From: an uncultured delta proteobacterium | Lineage (GTDB): Bacteria; Desulfobacterota; Desulfobacteria; Desulfobacterales; B30-G6 | NCBI GenBank assembly: GCA_963823335.1 | Contig: CAWGLD010000001.1 | Location: forward strand, 1,600,001 to 1,664,000 | Length of the DNA: 64,000 bases | Direction: 5' to 3' | Shown: positions 29,483 to 38,933 of the stretch, piece by piece | Layout of the letters: every line of letters begins with the position of its first letter | Numbering within the stretch: the first letter of the stretch is position 1 | Notes under the pieces: generated by a model | Database searches by the model: none | Told to the model about the DNA's origin: nothing | What the model saw: only the letters and a program-made list of their open reading frames with translations | Translations under genes and position numbers: made by a program

Positions 29483-31726
29483 ATGGAAGACGAATACAGA
29501 GAAGAAACCATCGACCTGAGGGATTACCTGCGCGTGCTGCGCAAAAGGCGCTGGGTCATTATCTCCATTTTCATGGTGACGGTTCTGGCGGTGGCGGTAC
29601 ACACATTCACCGCCATGCCCATCTACGAGGCCTCTTCCCGCATCGTCATTGAAAAAGAGAACCCAAACCTGGTCTCCATTCAGGAGGTTATGGCTGTCGA
29701 CTCAACCGGTACGGATTATTACCAGACCCAGTATAAGATCATCGAGAGCCGGGTGGTGGCGCGTGACGTCATCGAGCGGCTCGATCTGGCCAACAGTTCC
29801 GAGTTTTTGCCACCGCCTGAAGACTCGCTGCTGGCCCAGGTCAAAGGATGGGTCAGCGACCTGCTGACGGGCGGTGTTGAATGGTTCCGGTCTCTGATGA
29901 ACACAGGGCAGGGCGGCCTGGACCAGAATGCTTTGCCGGGTGACGGGGCGGCGCAGGATAGCAGACTGGTCACTGATTTCCTGGAACGTGTGGAGGTCAG
30001 CCCCATCAGGAACAGCCGCCTGGTGGATGTTCGTCTGGAAGCCAAGGACCCGGTCATGGCCGCCAGGATGGCCAACGAACTGGTGAAAGCCTACATCAAT
30101 CAGAACCTGGAGATCAAACTCAGTGCCACAAAAGATGCGGTTCAGTGGCTGAGTGACAGGATATCCGAAGAACGGACCAAGGTGGAGCAGGTGGAAAACG
30201 ACCTCCTGCGCTACAAAGAGAAGCACCAGATCATCACCGATTTTTCCAACGACGCCGAACTCATTACGGCCCAGAAGCTGGCCACCCTCAATCAGCAGGT
30301 CGTGGAAGCCGAGTCCATGCGGGTGGAGGCCGAGACCCGCTACCAGCAGGCGCTGGCACTCGATGACACACCGGACATGCTCGATTCCATACCCGAGGTC
30401 CTGGCCAACGACCTGGTCAAGGAAATCAAGCGCATGGAGGTGGCCCTCTACAACCGCATGTCGGAGCTGTCTAAAAAGTACGGCAAAAATCATCCCCAGA
30501 TGGTGGCCATCAACTCGGAACTGACGGACTTGAAAAAGCGCAAATCCCTGGAAGCCCGGCAGGTGGTCAATTCGCTAAAAAACGAATATCAGCTCAGCGT
30601 CGCTAAGGAAGAATCCCTGAAAAAGGCCTTGACCCGGCAGAAAGAAGAGTCCCTGGAACTCAATAAAAAAGCCGTCCAGTTCGGCGTCCTCAAGCGCCAG
30701 GCGGAAAGTACCCGCCAGATGTACGAGCTACTCATCAAGCGCTTCAAGGAGACCTCCCTGACCGAAGAGATGAAAACCGGCAACATCCGCATTGTCGATC
30801 AAGCCGAGGTCCCCAGGGAACCGGTGAAACCCCGCAAAAGACTGAATCTTCTCCTGGCGGCAATGGTGGGACTCTTTCTCGGTATCGGCCTGGCTTTCTT
30901 GCTGGAATACATGGACAACACCATCAAACTGCCGGAAGATGTCACGGAATTTTTAAAGGTCCCGTATCTGGGGCCGATACCGGCATTTACCATGAACGGT
31001 GCTTCGGGAGAAATTCCAGCAGAGCTGATTTCCGTCCACTCCCCGAAGTCAACCGCCAGTGAAGCTTACCGTGGTTTGCGGACCAGTATCTTGTTGTCGT
31101 CCGCCGACAAGAAACCGCGCGTCATCATGGTTACCAGCGCCGGTCCCCTGGAGGGGAAAACCCTGACATCCACCAATATGGCTGTCACCATGGCACGCTC
31201 GCATCAATCGGTTTTACTGATCGACGGCGACATGCGGCGACCGAGAGTCCACAAGGTGTTTCAAACCGATCAAAAGAAGGGATTGTCAGGTATCCTTGTG
31301 GGAACGGACAAGACGGCTGATACGATTGTCGAGACACCGGTAAAGGGCTTATACCTCCTGCCTGTCGGCGCTATCCCCCCCGATCCGTCCGAACTCATCG
31401 GTTCAAAGACCATGGGACGGTTCATTGCCAGCCTGAAAGAAAAATTCGAGATCATCATCATCGACACGCCCCCGTTGACGGCGGTGACCGATGCCCTGGT
31501 ACTATCCCAATTTGTGGATGGTGTCATGCTGGTAACACGCGTGGGTATCACACCGCGTCAGGTCATCAAGACCAGCCTGGAACAGTTGCAGGCGGTCAAG
31601 GCAAACATTCTCGGTGTGGTACTGAATGGTGTTAACACCGGCAAAGACAGCTACTATTATTCCCAGTACTACTACAACTACTACGGGGAAGATAACGATA
31701 AAAAGAAGCGGCGCAGTAAGCAGTAA
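29483..31726 (+). CDS. wzc: Polysaccharide co-polymerase / tyrosine autokinase
   Basis: EETIDLRDY N-terminus, two TM segments, EAYRGLRT, Walker A GPLEGKT, IDGDMRRP, IIDTPP, C-terminal Tyr cluster YYYSQYYYNYY. Confidence 0.93.
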   Translation: MEDEYREETIDLRDYLRVLRKRRWVIISIFMVTVLAVAVHTFTAMPIYEASSRIVIEKENPNLVSIQEVMAVDSTGTDYYQTQYKIIESRVVARDVIERLDLANSSEFLPPPEDSLLAQVKGWVSDLLTGGVEWFRSLMNTGQGGLDQNALPGDGAAQDSRLVTDFLERVEVSPIRNSRLVDVRLEAKDPVMAARMANELVKAYINQNLEIKLSATKDAVQWLSDRISEERTKVEQVENDLLRYKEKHQIITDFSNDAELITAQKLATLNQQVVEAESMRVEAETRYQQALALDDTPDMLDSIPEVLANDLVKEIKRMEVALYNRMSELSKKYGKNHPQMVAINSELTDLKKRKSLEARQVVNSLKNEYQLSVAKEESLKKALTRQKEESLELNKKAVQFGVLKRQAESTRQMYELLIKRFKETSLTEEMKTGNIRIVDQAEVPREPVKPRKRLNLLLAAMVGLFLGIGLAFLLEYMDNTIKLPEDVTEFLKVPYLGPIPAFTMNGASGEIPAELISVHSPKSTASEAYRGLRTSILLSSADKKPRVIMVTSAGPLEGKTLTSTNMAVTMARSHQSVLLIDGDMRRPRVHKVFQTDQKKGLSGILVGTDKTADTIVETPVKGLYLLPVGAIPPDPSELIGSKTMGRFIASLKEKFEIIIIDTPPLTAVTDALVLSQFVDGVMLVTRVGITPRQVIKTSLEQLQAVKANILGVVLNGVNTGKDSYYYSQYYYNYYGEDNDKKKRRSKQ

Positions 31727-31782
31727 GTAGTCGGCAGCAGGGAGACCGTTAAGAGGGAAGAAGGCCTAAGGTTAAGGAAAGA

Positions 31783-32055
31783 TTGAACCGCAAAGTACGC
31801 GAAGGAAAAATATTACCTTTATCGAATCGGGGCGGCCGATTCGATAAACCATCCCACCCTTCGGGTATCGTCACTTATCTATTTCCAAAAATTGTCCTTT
31901 ATCCCTAATATGATCGCTATAGTTATTTTCAATGCTTGGTGTAATAAAGGTGAAGTAGTGTAGTTGCCCGTAAGGGCATGATGGTTTGCCTGATCAGTTT
32001 CCCTGATCAGGTAAAGAAAAAAATCCTTTGCGGCCTTCGCGCCTTTGCGGTTCAA
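31783..32055. mobile_element. MITE-like composite element
   Basis: 13-bp terminal inverted repeats TTGAACCGCAAAG/CTTTGCGGTTCAA; internal hairpins TTTATCGAATCGG...CCGATTCGATAAA and CCTGATCAG...CTGATCAGG. Confidence 0.6.
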
Positions 32056-32110
32056 AATTATGTATAGGCCTTAATCCCAAGACGTCCAACCCAGCCAGAA
32101 AATTTAAAAA

Positions 32111-32905
32111 TTGATCGATCTCCACTGCCACATACTGCCGGGTGTCGACGACGGCCCCTCCCATGTTGAGGAGAGCCTGAGAATGGCGGAATGTGCCGTA
32201 GCAGACGGCATTCACACGCTTGTGGCAACACCCCACGCCTTCAACGAAACCTATCACAATCCCTTGCCTTACATTCTCGCGCATTTCGCACACCTGAAGA
32301 AAATAATTATTGAAAATCAGATCCCCTTAGATATCCGCCCTGGTGCCGAAGTTCGTGTTCACCAGAACATGGACCGGTCCGTGATGGAAGGCAAAACTGT
32401 TTCCATCAACAACACCGGCCGCTACATCCTGATCGAGTTTCCCTATAACATGATACTTCCCGGGACCCGGGATGTCCTTTTTCAACTGTTTCTTAACGGC
32501 ATCACGCCGGTATTGGCTCATCCGGAGCGCAACCTGGCGTTACAGCGCAACCCGGATATCCTTTCGGACCTGGTGACCATGGGCTGCCTGGTACAGCTGA
32601 CCGCCATGAGCATCACCGGTGAAATAGGTCATGATGCCATGGAATATGCCCATTTTCTATTGAAGCAACGGCAAGCACATGTGATTGCCACGGATTCACA
32701 CAATGCCGAAAGCCGACCGCCGATTCTGTCATCCGCTGTGGAAGCAACTGCCCGCATATTGGGCGACACGGAAGCAGCTGAAGCCATGGTCACCAAGAAT
32801 CCCCGTATCATTCTAGATGGAAAGCCGTTCGATCTGGCCGAACCGGTGAAGGCACCTAAAAAACAGGGGTGGTGGGAACGGTGGTTTGGACGGAAAAATT
32901 ATTAG
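32111..32905 (+). CDS. CpsB/CapC/YwqE-family PHP tyrosine-protein phosphatase
   Basis: IDLHCHILPGVDDG, VATPH, LAHPERN, IATDSH...RPP. TTG start. Confidence 0.92.
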   Translation: MIDLHCHILPGVDDGPSHVEESLRMAECAVADGIHTLVATPHAFNETYHNPLPYILAHFAHLKKIIIENQIPLDIRPGAEVRVHQNMDRSVMEGKTVSINNTGRYILIEFPYNMILPGTRDVLFQLFLNGITPVLAHPERNLALQRNPDILSDLVTMGCLVQLTAMSITGEIGHDAMEYAHFLLKQRQAHVIATDSHNAESRPPILSSAVEATARILGDTEAAEAMVTKNPRIILDGKPFDLAEPVKAPKKQGWWERWFGRKNY

Positions 32906-33173
32906 AAGCTATCTCAAAAAAGTTTTTTGCCCACCCTCTGTGTTCTCTCCTGCTTTATATCGCTTGTCATAATAATGTTCCGAAAACAGGATGGCGGCAT
33001 AAGGGGTTGTAGCAGAAAAAAGGTCCTCAATCGGAACGTTTTTCTGACAACCCCTATATATAAAGCGAGGTTGCCGCAGGCCCAAGGCGTCGGGCCATGA
33101 AGCTCTAGCTTGACTGCTGCGAATGGATCGCAACGCAGTGGGCGTGAAGAGATCGCTTTGTGAAGGCTGTGAG

Positions 33174-33593
33174 TCAGGCGACTTTGAGCAGTCGCAGATT
33201 TTCCTCTTCCGGATTAAACTGGAGGGCTTCACAGATGTAGTCGATGTTGTTTCGGATGGCCATGCGCCGGTGCTGTCCCACGGGGCTGCCTTCGGCAAAG
33301 GACTTGGCCATGATGGCCAGGAGTTTGACGCGCTGGAAAAAGATATGGTCTACCTCGAGCAGTTTATTGGATTCCGGGCTCGATCTGAAATTGTTGTAGT
33401 ACCCGTTCCAGTCCACACAATCCCTGACCACGGTCTCGGCATTCCTGGCAATGGCCTTTAGCCGGTGTTCTCCCATGGGATAGTTTCCCGTGAACGCTTT
33501 GGCCATGATAACCAGGAGTCTGAGTCTGGAAAGAAAGACATGATAGTGCTGGACTTGTTTCATGCTTTGACGGGCCGAGCCGAGTCTCTTCAT
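33174..33593 (-). CDS. Hypothetical protein made of two internal ~38-aa repeats
   Basis: HVFLSRLRLLVIMAKAF...MGEHR..AI..N versus HIFFQRVKLLAIMAKSF...VGQHR..AI..N. Start could be 33563. Confidence 0.7.
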   Translation of the reverse strand: MKRLGSARQSMKQVQHYHVFLSRLRLLVIMAKAFTGNYPMGEHRLKAIARNAETVVRDCVDWNGYYNNFRSSPESNKLLEVDHIFFQRVKLLAIMAKSFAEGSPVGQHRRMAIRNNIDYICEALQFNPEEENLRLLKVA

Positions 33594-33686
33594 CGTAGAT
33601 TCCGGGGGATTGATCCTGTTGAGGTTGAAGACGGAGTTACTATAAAATAAATGCTTGAAACTGTCAAAGGGTAAAAATAAAATCCT

Positions 33687-35192
33687 TCATTTTTTTGAGA
33701 AAATGGTTTCAGCCTTGAGGTAGTGACTGCCGATATCCCTGCGCAGATCCAGTCTGTTTCCCTGAGAATTTTCCCGGGGGATGACCCGTATTTTGCCATT
33801 GTCGAACGCTGCCAGCAGTTTTTTGCGCAGCCTGTCCGCGATGACGCCGCGGGTCTCATTTTCCTTGATGGTGGCATTTGCGTTGAGAAAGGCCACCCGG
33901 GTGCCATCGGACTTGAAGATCTCTTGTTCATCTATCCAGGTCATTGCCGAAGGAATCATCTGGATCCCTTTTCGTTTCAAATATTTGGTGTCGATTTCAA
34001 GCGGCTCGCCCTTGGTGCAGGACCAGGGGTAGCCCTTCTGGCCGTCAGGACCGCCCGGGCCCGTCATCAATGCCACGCACAGAGAGACCTGATCCTGTCT
34101 GACTTCCGGGACTACGGTGTCCAGGTTGCCTGAAAGCGTTGCCTGGATAAGGGCGCCCAGGTTTCTGAGACGCCGCGCCACGGGTTGGACTTCGGGCTCA
34201 CCCGGTCGGATGTTGATTTCGCTGACACGAATACGCAGGGGGTTCATGGCGGCGTCAAAAGAAACAAAGCAGCCGGGGTATAGAATGGAAGGTCTCAGGA
34301 GCCCTTTTTGCTTCATGTTGCGAATAAGGGGTTCGGCAATGGTGCTGCCTGCCATTTCCAGCAACGCCGGTGTTTCCATGGGGTGTGGGGAAACAGCGCC
34401 GGTTCCGCCGGTGATTGGGTTGCTTTTGCTGGCCGGTCCCTCGAATCGTTCGGGGTAGTCCATGGCCGTGGGCAATATCTGGTAGTGTCCGTGACGATCC
34501 ACAAGTATGGTAAAGCTGATTTCAACCCCTGACATGAGCGATTCGATCAAAAGGGGCCAGACATTTTTTTTGCCAAAGAGCTTGCGGTAGTTGTCTTTGT
34601 AGTCATTGATGAGGGTATCGTAAACTTCCCGTATTTCCCATGAGTTCAGAATGATCCGGGCGCCTTTCCCGCCGGCGGAATAGGGATATTTCAGGACGGC
34701 GCCGCCGAACTGTTGAATATAGGTCAGACAGGTCTCCAGAATGGCGCCGTAATCCTTCGCATCGGTGCTGGTCCAGGCATCGGCCATGGGGATGCCGGCT
34801 TCCCTGCACAGGTTTTTACAGGCGATCTTGTCGCCTTCGATGAAAGCAGCAGCGGCATTCAGCCCGAGGATCCTTTCCCCAAAACCTTCTTTTTCCACGG
34901 CATCCACCAGGCCGTCAAAGAGGAGTGCTTCGGGCATGGGCACGACATAGTCCACCACACCCTGCTTCAGGGCTTCGACAATGGCCGCGGCATACCCTTC
35001 CACAGAATTGTCTTTTGTGGGGATGAAAGCAACCGGCCAGTTCATAAGTTCCACAAATTTAGGCATGGCGGGCGTACCCCTGAAAACCATGCCACGGTAA
35101 TCATCGTCACTAAAATCACTGGTGGCCGTGGACACGACAAAGGCCCATAACAAGGTCCTGCCGTCAGTTCCGGCAAAGGCAATTTTTTTCAT
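33687..35192 (-). CDS. purD: Divergent phosphoribosylamine--glycine ligase (ATP-grasp)
   Basis: PEALLFDGLVD, AAFIEGDKIACK.L....GIP, AGGKG, IESLMSGVEIS, TGGTGAVSP, EINIRPGEPEVQ; purE lies nearby. Confidence 0.7.
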   Translation of the reverse strand: MKKIAFAGTDGRTLLWAFVVSTATSDFSDDDYRGMVFRGTPAMPKFVELMNWPVAFIPTKDNSVEGYAAAIVEALKQGVVDYVVPMPEALLFDGLVDAVEKEGFGERILGLNAAAAFIEGDKIACKNLCREAGIPMADAWTSTDAKDYGAILETCLTYIQQFGGAVLKYPYSAGGKGARIILNSWEIREVYDTLINDYKDNYRKLFGKKNVWPLLIESLMSGVEISFTILVDRHGHYQILPTAMDYPERFEGPASKSNPITGGTGAVSPHPMETPALLEMAGSTIAEPLIRNMKQKGLLRPSILYPGCFVSFDAAMNPLRIRVSEINIRPGEPEVQPVARRLRNLGALIQATLSGNLDTVVPEVRQDQVSLCVALMTGPGGPDGQKGYPWSCTKGEPLEIDTKYLKRKGIQMIPSAMTWIDEQEIFKSDGTRVAFLNANATIKENETRGVIADRLRKKLLAAFDNGKIRVIPRENSQGNRLDLRRDIGSHYLKAETIFSKK

Positions 35193-35204
35193 TTATTTCT
35201 CTTT

Positions 35205-35252
35205 GAGTAGCAGTAAGCTTTAAGCGATAAGCAATAAGCGGCTTACAGCTTG
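35205..35252. repeat. Heptamer TAAGC/GCTTA repeat
   Basis: gcagtaagctttaagcgataagcaataagcggcttacagctt. Confidence 0.7.
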
Positions 35253-35313
35253 ATTAATATTTACCTCGACATATCAAGTGATGCTGACAGGGTCAAATGA
35301 TAATTGGGTAAAA

Positions 35314-35353
35314 GCGACATTGTCGCGCCGATAAAATCGTTTTACGATTTTAT
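35314..35353. repeat. Double-hairpin repeat, copy 2
   Basis: GCGAC-att-GTCGC-gccg-ATAAAATCGT-ttt-ACGATTTTAT. Confidence 0.8.
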
Positions 35354-35389
35354 GTTGAAATCAAATCCGGGATTGTAATATACAAAGAC

Positions 35390-35800
35390 ATGTTCACAGG
35401 TTTTGAAAAAATCGTGGAGGAACGGATTCGCAAGGCACAGCAGGACGGCGCTTTTGACAACCTTCCCGGCTCGGGAAAACCGTTACCCCGTGAAGACATG
35501 GATATACCGGAGGATATCCGGCTGGCATACAAGGTGCTGAAAAATGCCGACTTTATTCCCCCTGAGCTCGAACTGCGCAAAGAGATTCGCAGTACCCGGG
35601 AGCTTTTGTCCGGTATGCCGGAGACCGCTGAGAAATATAAGACACTCAAAAAATTGAATCTACTTGTCATGAAACTGAATGCGATGCGAAGCGCACACAT
35701 ACAGTTCGATGTTCCACAGCAGTACCTGGGCCCTGTAACAGAGCGCTTGGAAAAAGGCCTTTCTTCAGACGACACTACCATCGATGCTAAAAAAAAATAA
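35390..35800 (+). CDS. DUF1992 domain protein
   Basis: IVEERIRKAQQDGAFDNLPGSGKPL, RLAYKVLKNADFIPPE. Confidence 0.88.
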   Translation: MFTGFEKIVEERIRKAQQDGAFDNLPGSGKPLPREDMDIPEDIRLAYKVLKNADFIPPELELRKEIRSTRELLSGMPETAEKYKTLKKLNLLVMKLNAMRSAHIQFDVPQQYLGPVTERLEKGLSSDDTTIDAKKK

Positions 35801-36293
35801 ACCAGCGAGCAACCAGGGGGATGGTCTTTTCAGGTCTGTGATGCTGGCGTATACCGTTCTGGTCCTGCATGTCGTGCTGATGCTGGGCCTGGGGCTCCTG
35901 GTCATCTTTTTTCACGGTGTCATTCAGTATATACTCTGGATTTTTCTGTTTGGGACGGCAGTTGTTGTCGTCTCTGGTTTCTATTTCTACCGACGCATGA
36001 AGACCGAGGGAAAAACCTTGAAGGAGATGCTCTCATCCTCGATGTTTGCAGGTCGACCGGTGGAGGTGAGTTTTCTGGGGGGCATGGCCTCGCTCAGGGT
36101 TGGCACGCCTGGATCTCCAAGCGGTCTCGAAACAAGACAGGTGAATCCAACCTATCAACTGGAGGACTTCAAAACCAGTCAACTCCGGGATTTAACCCAA
36201 CTGGCCCGTCTTCTGGAGGACGACCTGATTACTCGGGATGAATACGACGAGGCCAAGAAAAGACTTTTTAAGCAAACGGAGGGAATGCCATGA
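35784..36293 (+). CDS. Membrane protein with C-terminal SHOCT-like segment
   Basis: Two TM helices; C-terminal LARLLEDDLITRDEYDEAKKRL. Confidence 0.75.
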   Translation: MLKKNKPASNQGDGLFRSVMLAYTVLVLHVVLMLGLGLLVIFFHGVIQYILWIFLFGTAVVVVSGFYFYRRMKTEGKTLKEMLSSSMFAGRPVEVSFLGGMASLRVGTPGSPSGLETRQVNPTYQLEDFKTSQLRDLTQLARLLEDDLITRDEYDEAKKRLFKQTEGMP

Positions 36294-37240
36294 AAAAAAT
36301 CAATCTTGCACTCCTGTCCGGTGGTATTTCATCGGAACGCGAAGTTTCTCTGAACAGTGGGGATCAGGTCTTCGATGCCCTGAACAAGGAAAAGTACGCC
36401 ATTGTCCGTTATGACCCGAAAACAGATCTGCCCCGACTGATATCGGATGCACCCCGGATCGATGCAGCCCTGATCATTCTTCACGGGCCTTATGGGGAAG
36501 ACGGGACGATTCAGGGTTTGCTGGAACTTCTTCATATCCCCTATCAGGGATCAGGTGTCCTGGGCAGTTCTGTGGCCATGAACAAACTGGCGGCAAAACA
36601 GATGTATGAACTGGCAGGTCTGCCAACGCCGCCTTATGTGGTTTTGAAACAGGGGGACCGGATCGATATCCAGGACTGTGAGGAAAGGTTCGGGCTACCC
36701 TTTGTGGTAAAGCCACTCGAGGCCGGTTCGAGTGTGGGAATGACGATTGTCAAATCCGTGTCGGAAATTGAGACAGCAGCGCAAAAAGCCTTTGAGCACG
36801 GAGATACCATACTGATGGAAAACTTCGTGAAAGGCATCGAGATAACGGTGGGTGTCATCGGCAATCAGACATTGGAGGCTTTGCCGATTATTGAGATCGT
36901 TCCCGGGGAGGCATATGCGTTTTTTGACTACGAGGCCAAATACACACCAGGTGCGACACGGGAAATCTGCCCGGCCCGTATCAGCGACGCCATGACCGAA
37001 AAAGCGCAGACCTATGCCAAAATGGCCCATGAGGCTCTGTTCTGCGAAGGTTACAGCCGTACAGACATGATCATGCAGGCAGACGAAATTTATGTTCTTG
37101 AAACCAACACCATCCCCGGTATGACCGCCACGAGCCTTTTACCTCAATCCGCTGTTGCAGCCGGGATCAGCTTTTCGGAGCTCCTCGATCGATTAATCGA
37201 GCTGGGTATGGAGAGGCATCAATTGAAACGGAATCTCTAA
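36290..37240 (+). CDS. ddl: D-alanine--D-alanine ligase
   Basis: GGISSEREVSL.SG, LHGPYGEDGTIQG, FDYEAKY, ETNTIPGMT. Confidence 0.95.
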   Translation: MKKINLALLSGGISSEREVSLNSGDQVFDALNKEKYAIVRYDPKTDLPRLISDAPRIDAALIILHGPYGEDGTIQGLLELLHIPYQGSGVLGSSVAMNKLAAKQMYELAGLPTPPYVVLKQGDRIDIQDCEERFGLPFVVKPLEAGSSVGMTIVKSVSEIETAAQKAFEHGDTILMENFVKGIEITVGVIGNQTLEALPIIEIVPGEAYAFFDYEAKYTPGATREICPARISDAMTEKAQTYAKMAHEALFCEGYSRTDMIMQADEIYVLETNTIPGMTATSLLPQSAVAAGISFSELLDRLIELGMERHQLKRNL

Positions 37241-37388
37241 CCGGGTAGTTGCTTCCATGTGTCATTGAAAGTACACATGAATGTATTCCCCTGAAGCGTG
37301 CTCAATTTCGGTTTCAATAAGCACCAACAACCAAACACCAAATACAACATCATATTATCATTGATAAAACAGGAAGGAACACATTTTC

Positions 37389-37901
37389 ATGAGATTCAAA
37401 AAATTTGAGAACAGCGCAGCCGTTGGTATTGTCATGGGGAGTGACTCGGATCTGGGCGTCATGAAGGAAACGACCCGTATTCTAAAACAGTTTGAGGTAC
37501 CATATGAGATAACCGTGGCATCCGCCCATCGGAGCCCGGCTCGGGCGGCCGAATTTGCTACGACGGCACGGGAACGCGGTATCCGGGTGGTCATTGCCGG
37601 GGCGGGACATGCCGCGCATCTGGCAGGTGCCATGGCTGCCCACACATCCCTGCCCGTCATAGGTGTGCCCATTGATTCGTCCTGTCTTCAGGGTTTCGAT
37701 GCGCTCCTGTCCACCGTGCAGATGCCCCCTGGAATTCCAGTGGCCACTGTATCCATCGGCAAATCGGGCGCCAGAAACGCCGGTATTCTTGCCGTGCAGA
37801 TACTGGCGCTGTCCGATACGGTTCTCGAAGCGAAACTGACGGACTTCAAAAAGGACATGGCCGAAAAAGTGGTTCAGAAAGCCGATGCCCTGGAAGCATA
37901 A
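37389..37901 (+). CDS. purE: N5-CAIR mutase
   Basis: IVMGSDSD, SAHRSP, AGAGHAAHL, STVQMPPGIPVATV. Confidence 0.97.
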   Translation: MRFKKFENSAAVGIVMGSDSDLGVMKETTRILKQFEVPYEITVASAHRSPARAAEFATTARERGIRVVIAGAGHAAHLAGAMAAHTSLPVIGVPIDSSCLQGFDALLSTVQMPPGIPVATVSIGKSGARNAGILAVQILALSDTVLEAKLTDFKKDMAEKVVQKADALEA

Positions 37902-37902
37902 G

Positions 37903-38529
37903 ATGGTGCACTGGCATGTTTCTTCCATGGCACCCGACCCGAATACGATACATGCCGCTGTTCAGGTGATCCGCCAAGGGGGGGTTATTGCATTTCCCAC
38001 CAGCACCCTGTATGGGCTGGGGGCGGACGCGAAAAATTCCCATGCTGTGGAGAAAATTTTTGACATCAAGGGACGTCAGCCCCAGCACCCGCTCCTGGTT
38101 TTGATCAGGGACAGAACATGTTTGTCCGAACTCGTTCGGGAAATACCCCCCAAAGCCGTTTTGCTGATGGAGGCGTTCTGGCCGGGGGGCATTACGGTGG
38201 TGCTTCATGCCAGGGAACGGATTTCCGGCAGACTGACAGGCAACACCGGGAAAATTGGTGTGCGGGTACCGAAACATCCCGTGGCGGTCGCTATCCTTGC
38301 CCAACTGGAAGGACCCATGACCGGGACGAGTGCCAATCTGTCGGGCAGGGGGGGCTGTTCTGATATTGCTTGTCTGCAGGAACAATTGTCAGTCCAACTC
38401 GATGGGGTGGTAGATGCCGGTCCATTGAAAGGGGGCAGAGGCTCAACGGTCATTGACCTGACCGTCGATCCACCGTGTATTCTCAGAGAAGGTACGATTT
38501 CAGGACATCAGATACAGTCCGTGCTTTGA
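37903..38529 (+). CDS. tsaC: L-threonylcarbamoyladenylate synthase (YrdC/Sua5)
   Basis: AFPTSTLYGLGAD, IKGR, FWPG, TGTSANLSG, STVID...LREG. Start uncertain (37885, 37903 or 37927). Confidence 0.9.
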   Translation: MVHWHVSSMAPDPNTIHAAVQVIRQGGVIAFPTSTLYGLGADAKNSHAVEKIFDIKGRQPQHPLLVLIRDRTCLSELVREIPPKAVLLMEAFWPGGITVVLHARERISGRLTGNTGKIGVRVPKHPVAVAILAQLEGPMTGTSANLSGRGGCSDIACLQEQLSVQLDGVVDAGPLKGGRGSTVIDLTVDPPCILREGTISGHQIQSVL

Positions 38530-38657
38530 AGTCATCGAGTGATCGGGGATAGCTATTTCAGCCCCCTGAAACAAAACCCGAAATAGCTTTATTGAGGGAG
38601 CGACAAGGCGGGGTTTCACAAAATCGTTCCTTCGATTTCATTCGTGCGACGATTTTA

Positions 38658-38686
38658 TTGACAAGCGCACAGGATTTCACTATAAA
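38658..38686 (+). promoter_or_regulatory. Sigma70 promoter of tRNA-Leu
   Basis: TTGACA-N17-TATAAA, ending 11 nt before the tRNA. Confidence 0.75.
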
Positions 38687-38697
38687 CCCATCCACAT

Positions 38698-38784
38698 GCC
38701 GGAGTGGTGAAATTGGTAGACGCAGAGGACTCAAAATCCTCCGACCTTACGGTCATCCGAGTTCGATTCTCGGCTCCGGCACCA
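38698..38784 (+). tRNA. tRNA-Leu (CAA)
   Basis: GCCGGAG acceptor stem, anticodon arm GAGGA-CTCAAAA-TCCTC, long variable arm, GTTCGA T-loop, encoded CCA. Confidence 0.95.
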
Positions 38785-38789
38785 CTGGT

Positions 38790-38834
38790 AATAAGGGTCT
38801 GACAGCATTGTATCTTGTCAGACCCTTTATTATT
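38790..38834 (+). terminator. Terminator-like hairpin after tRNA-Leu
   Basis: AAGGGTCTGACA...TGTCAGACCCTT followed by TATTATT. Confidence 0.7.
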
Positions 38835-38933
38835 ATGACAACCGCTATAAATATTAATGGTTTTTATGAATAAAAGTAGCATATATTGATTAAATTACTT
38901 GACACTATACAACATATAGTGTAATAAGAATCC

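Noticed and set aside
33060-33170. Possible ncRNA between the phosphatase and the hypothetical gene
   Set aside because: GC-rich with small hairpins, but no promoter, terminator or family motif I can support; it may be another repeat relic.
23201-38784. Prophage or integrative element at either tRNA
   Set aside because: No integrase or phage genes, and no duplicated tRNA 3' end found by eye.
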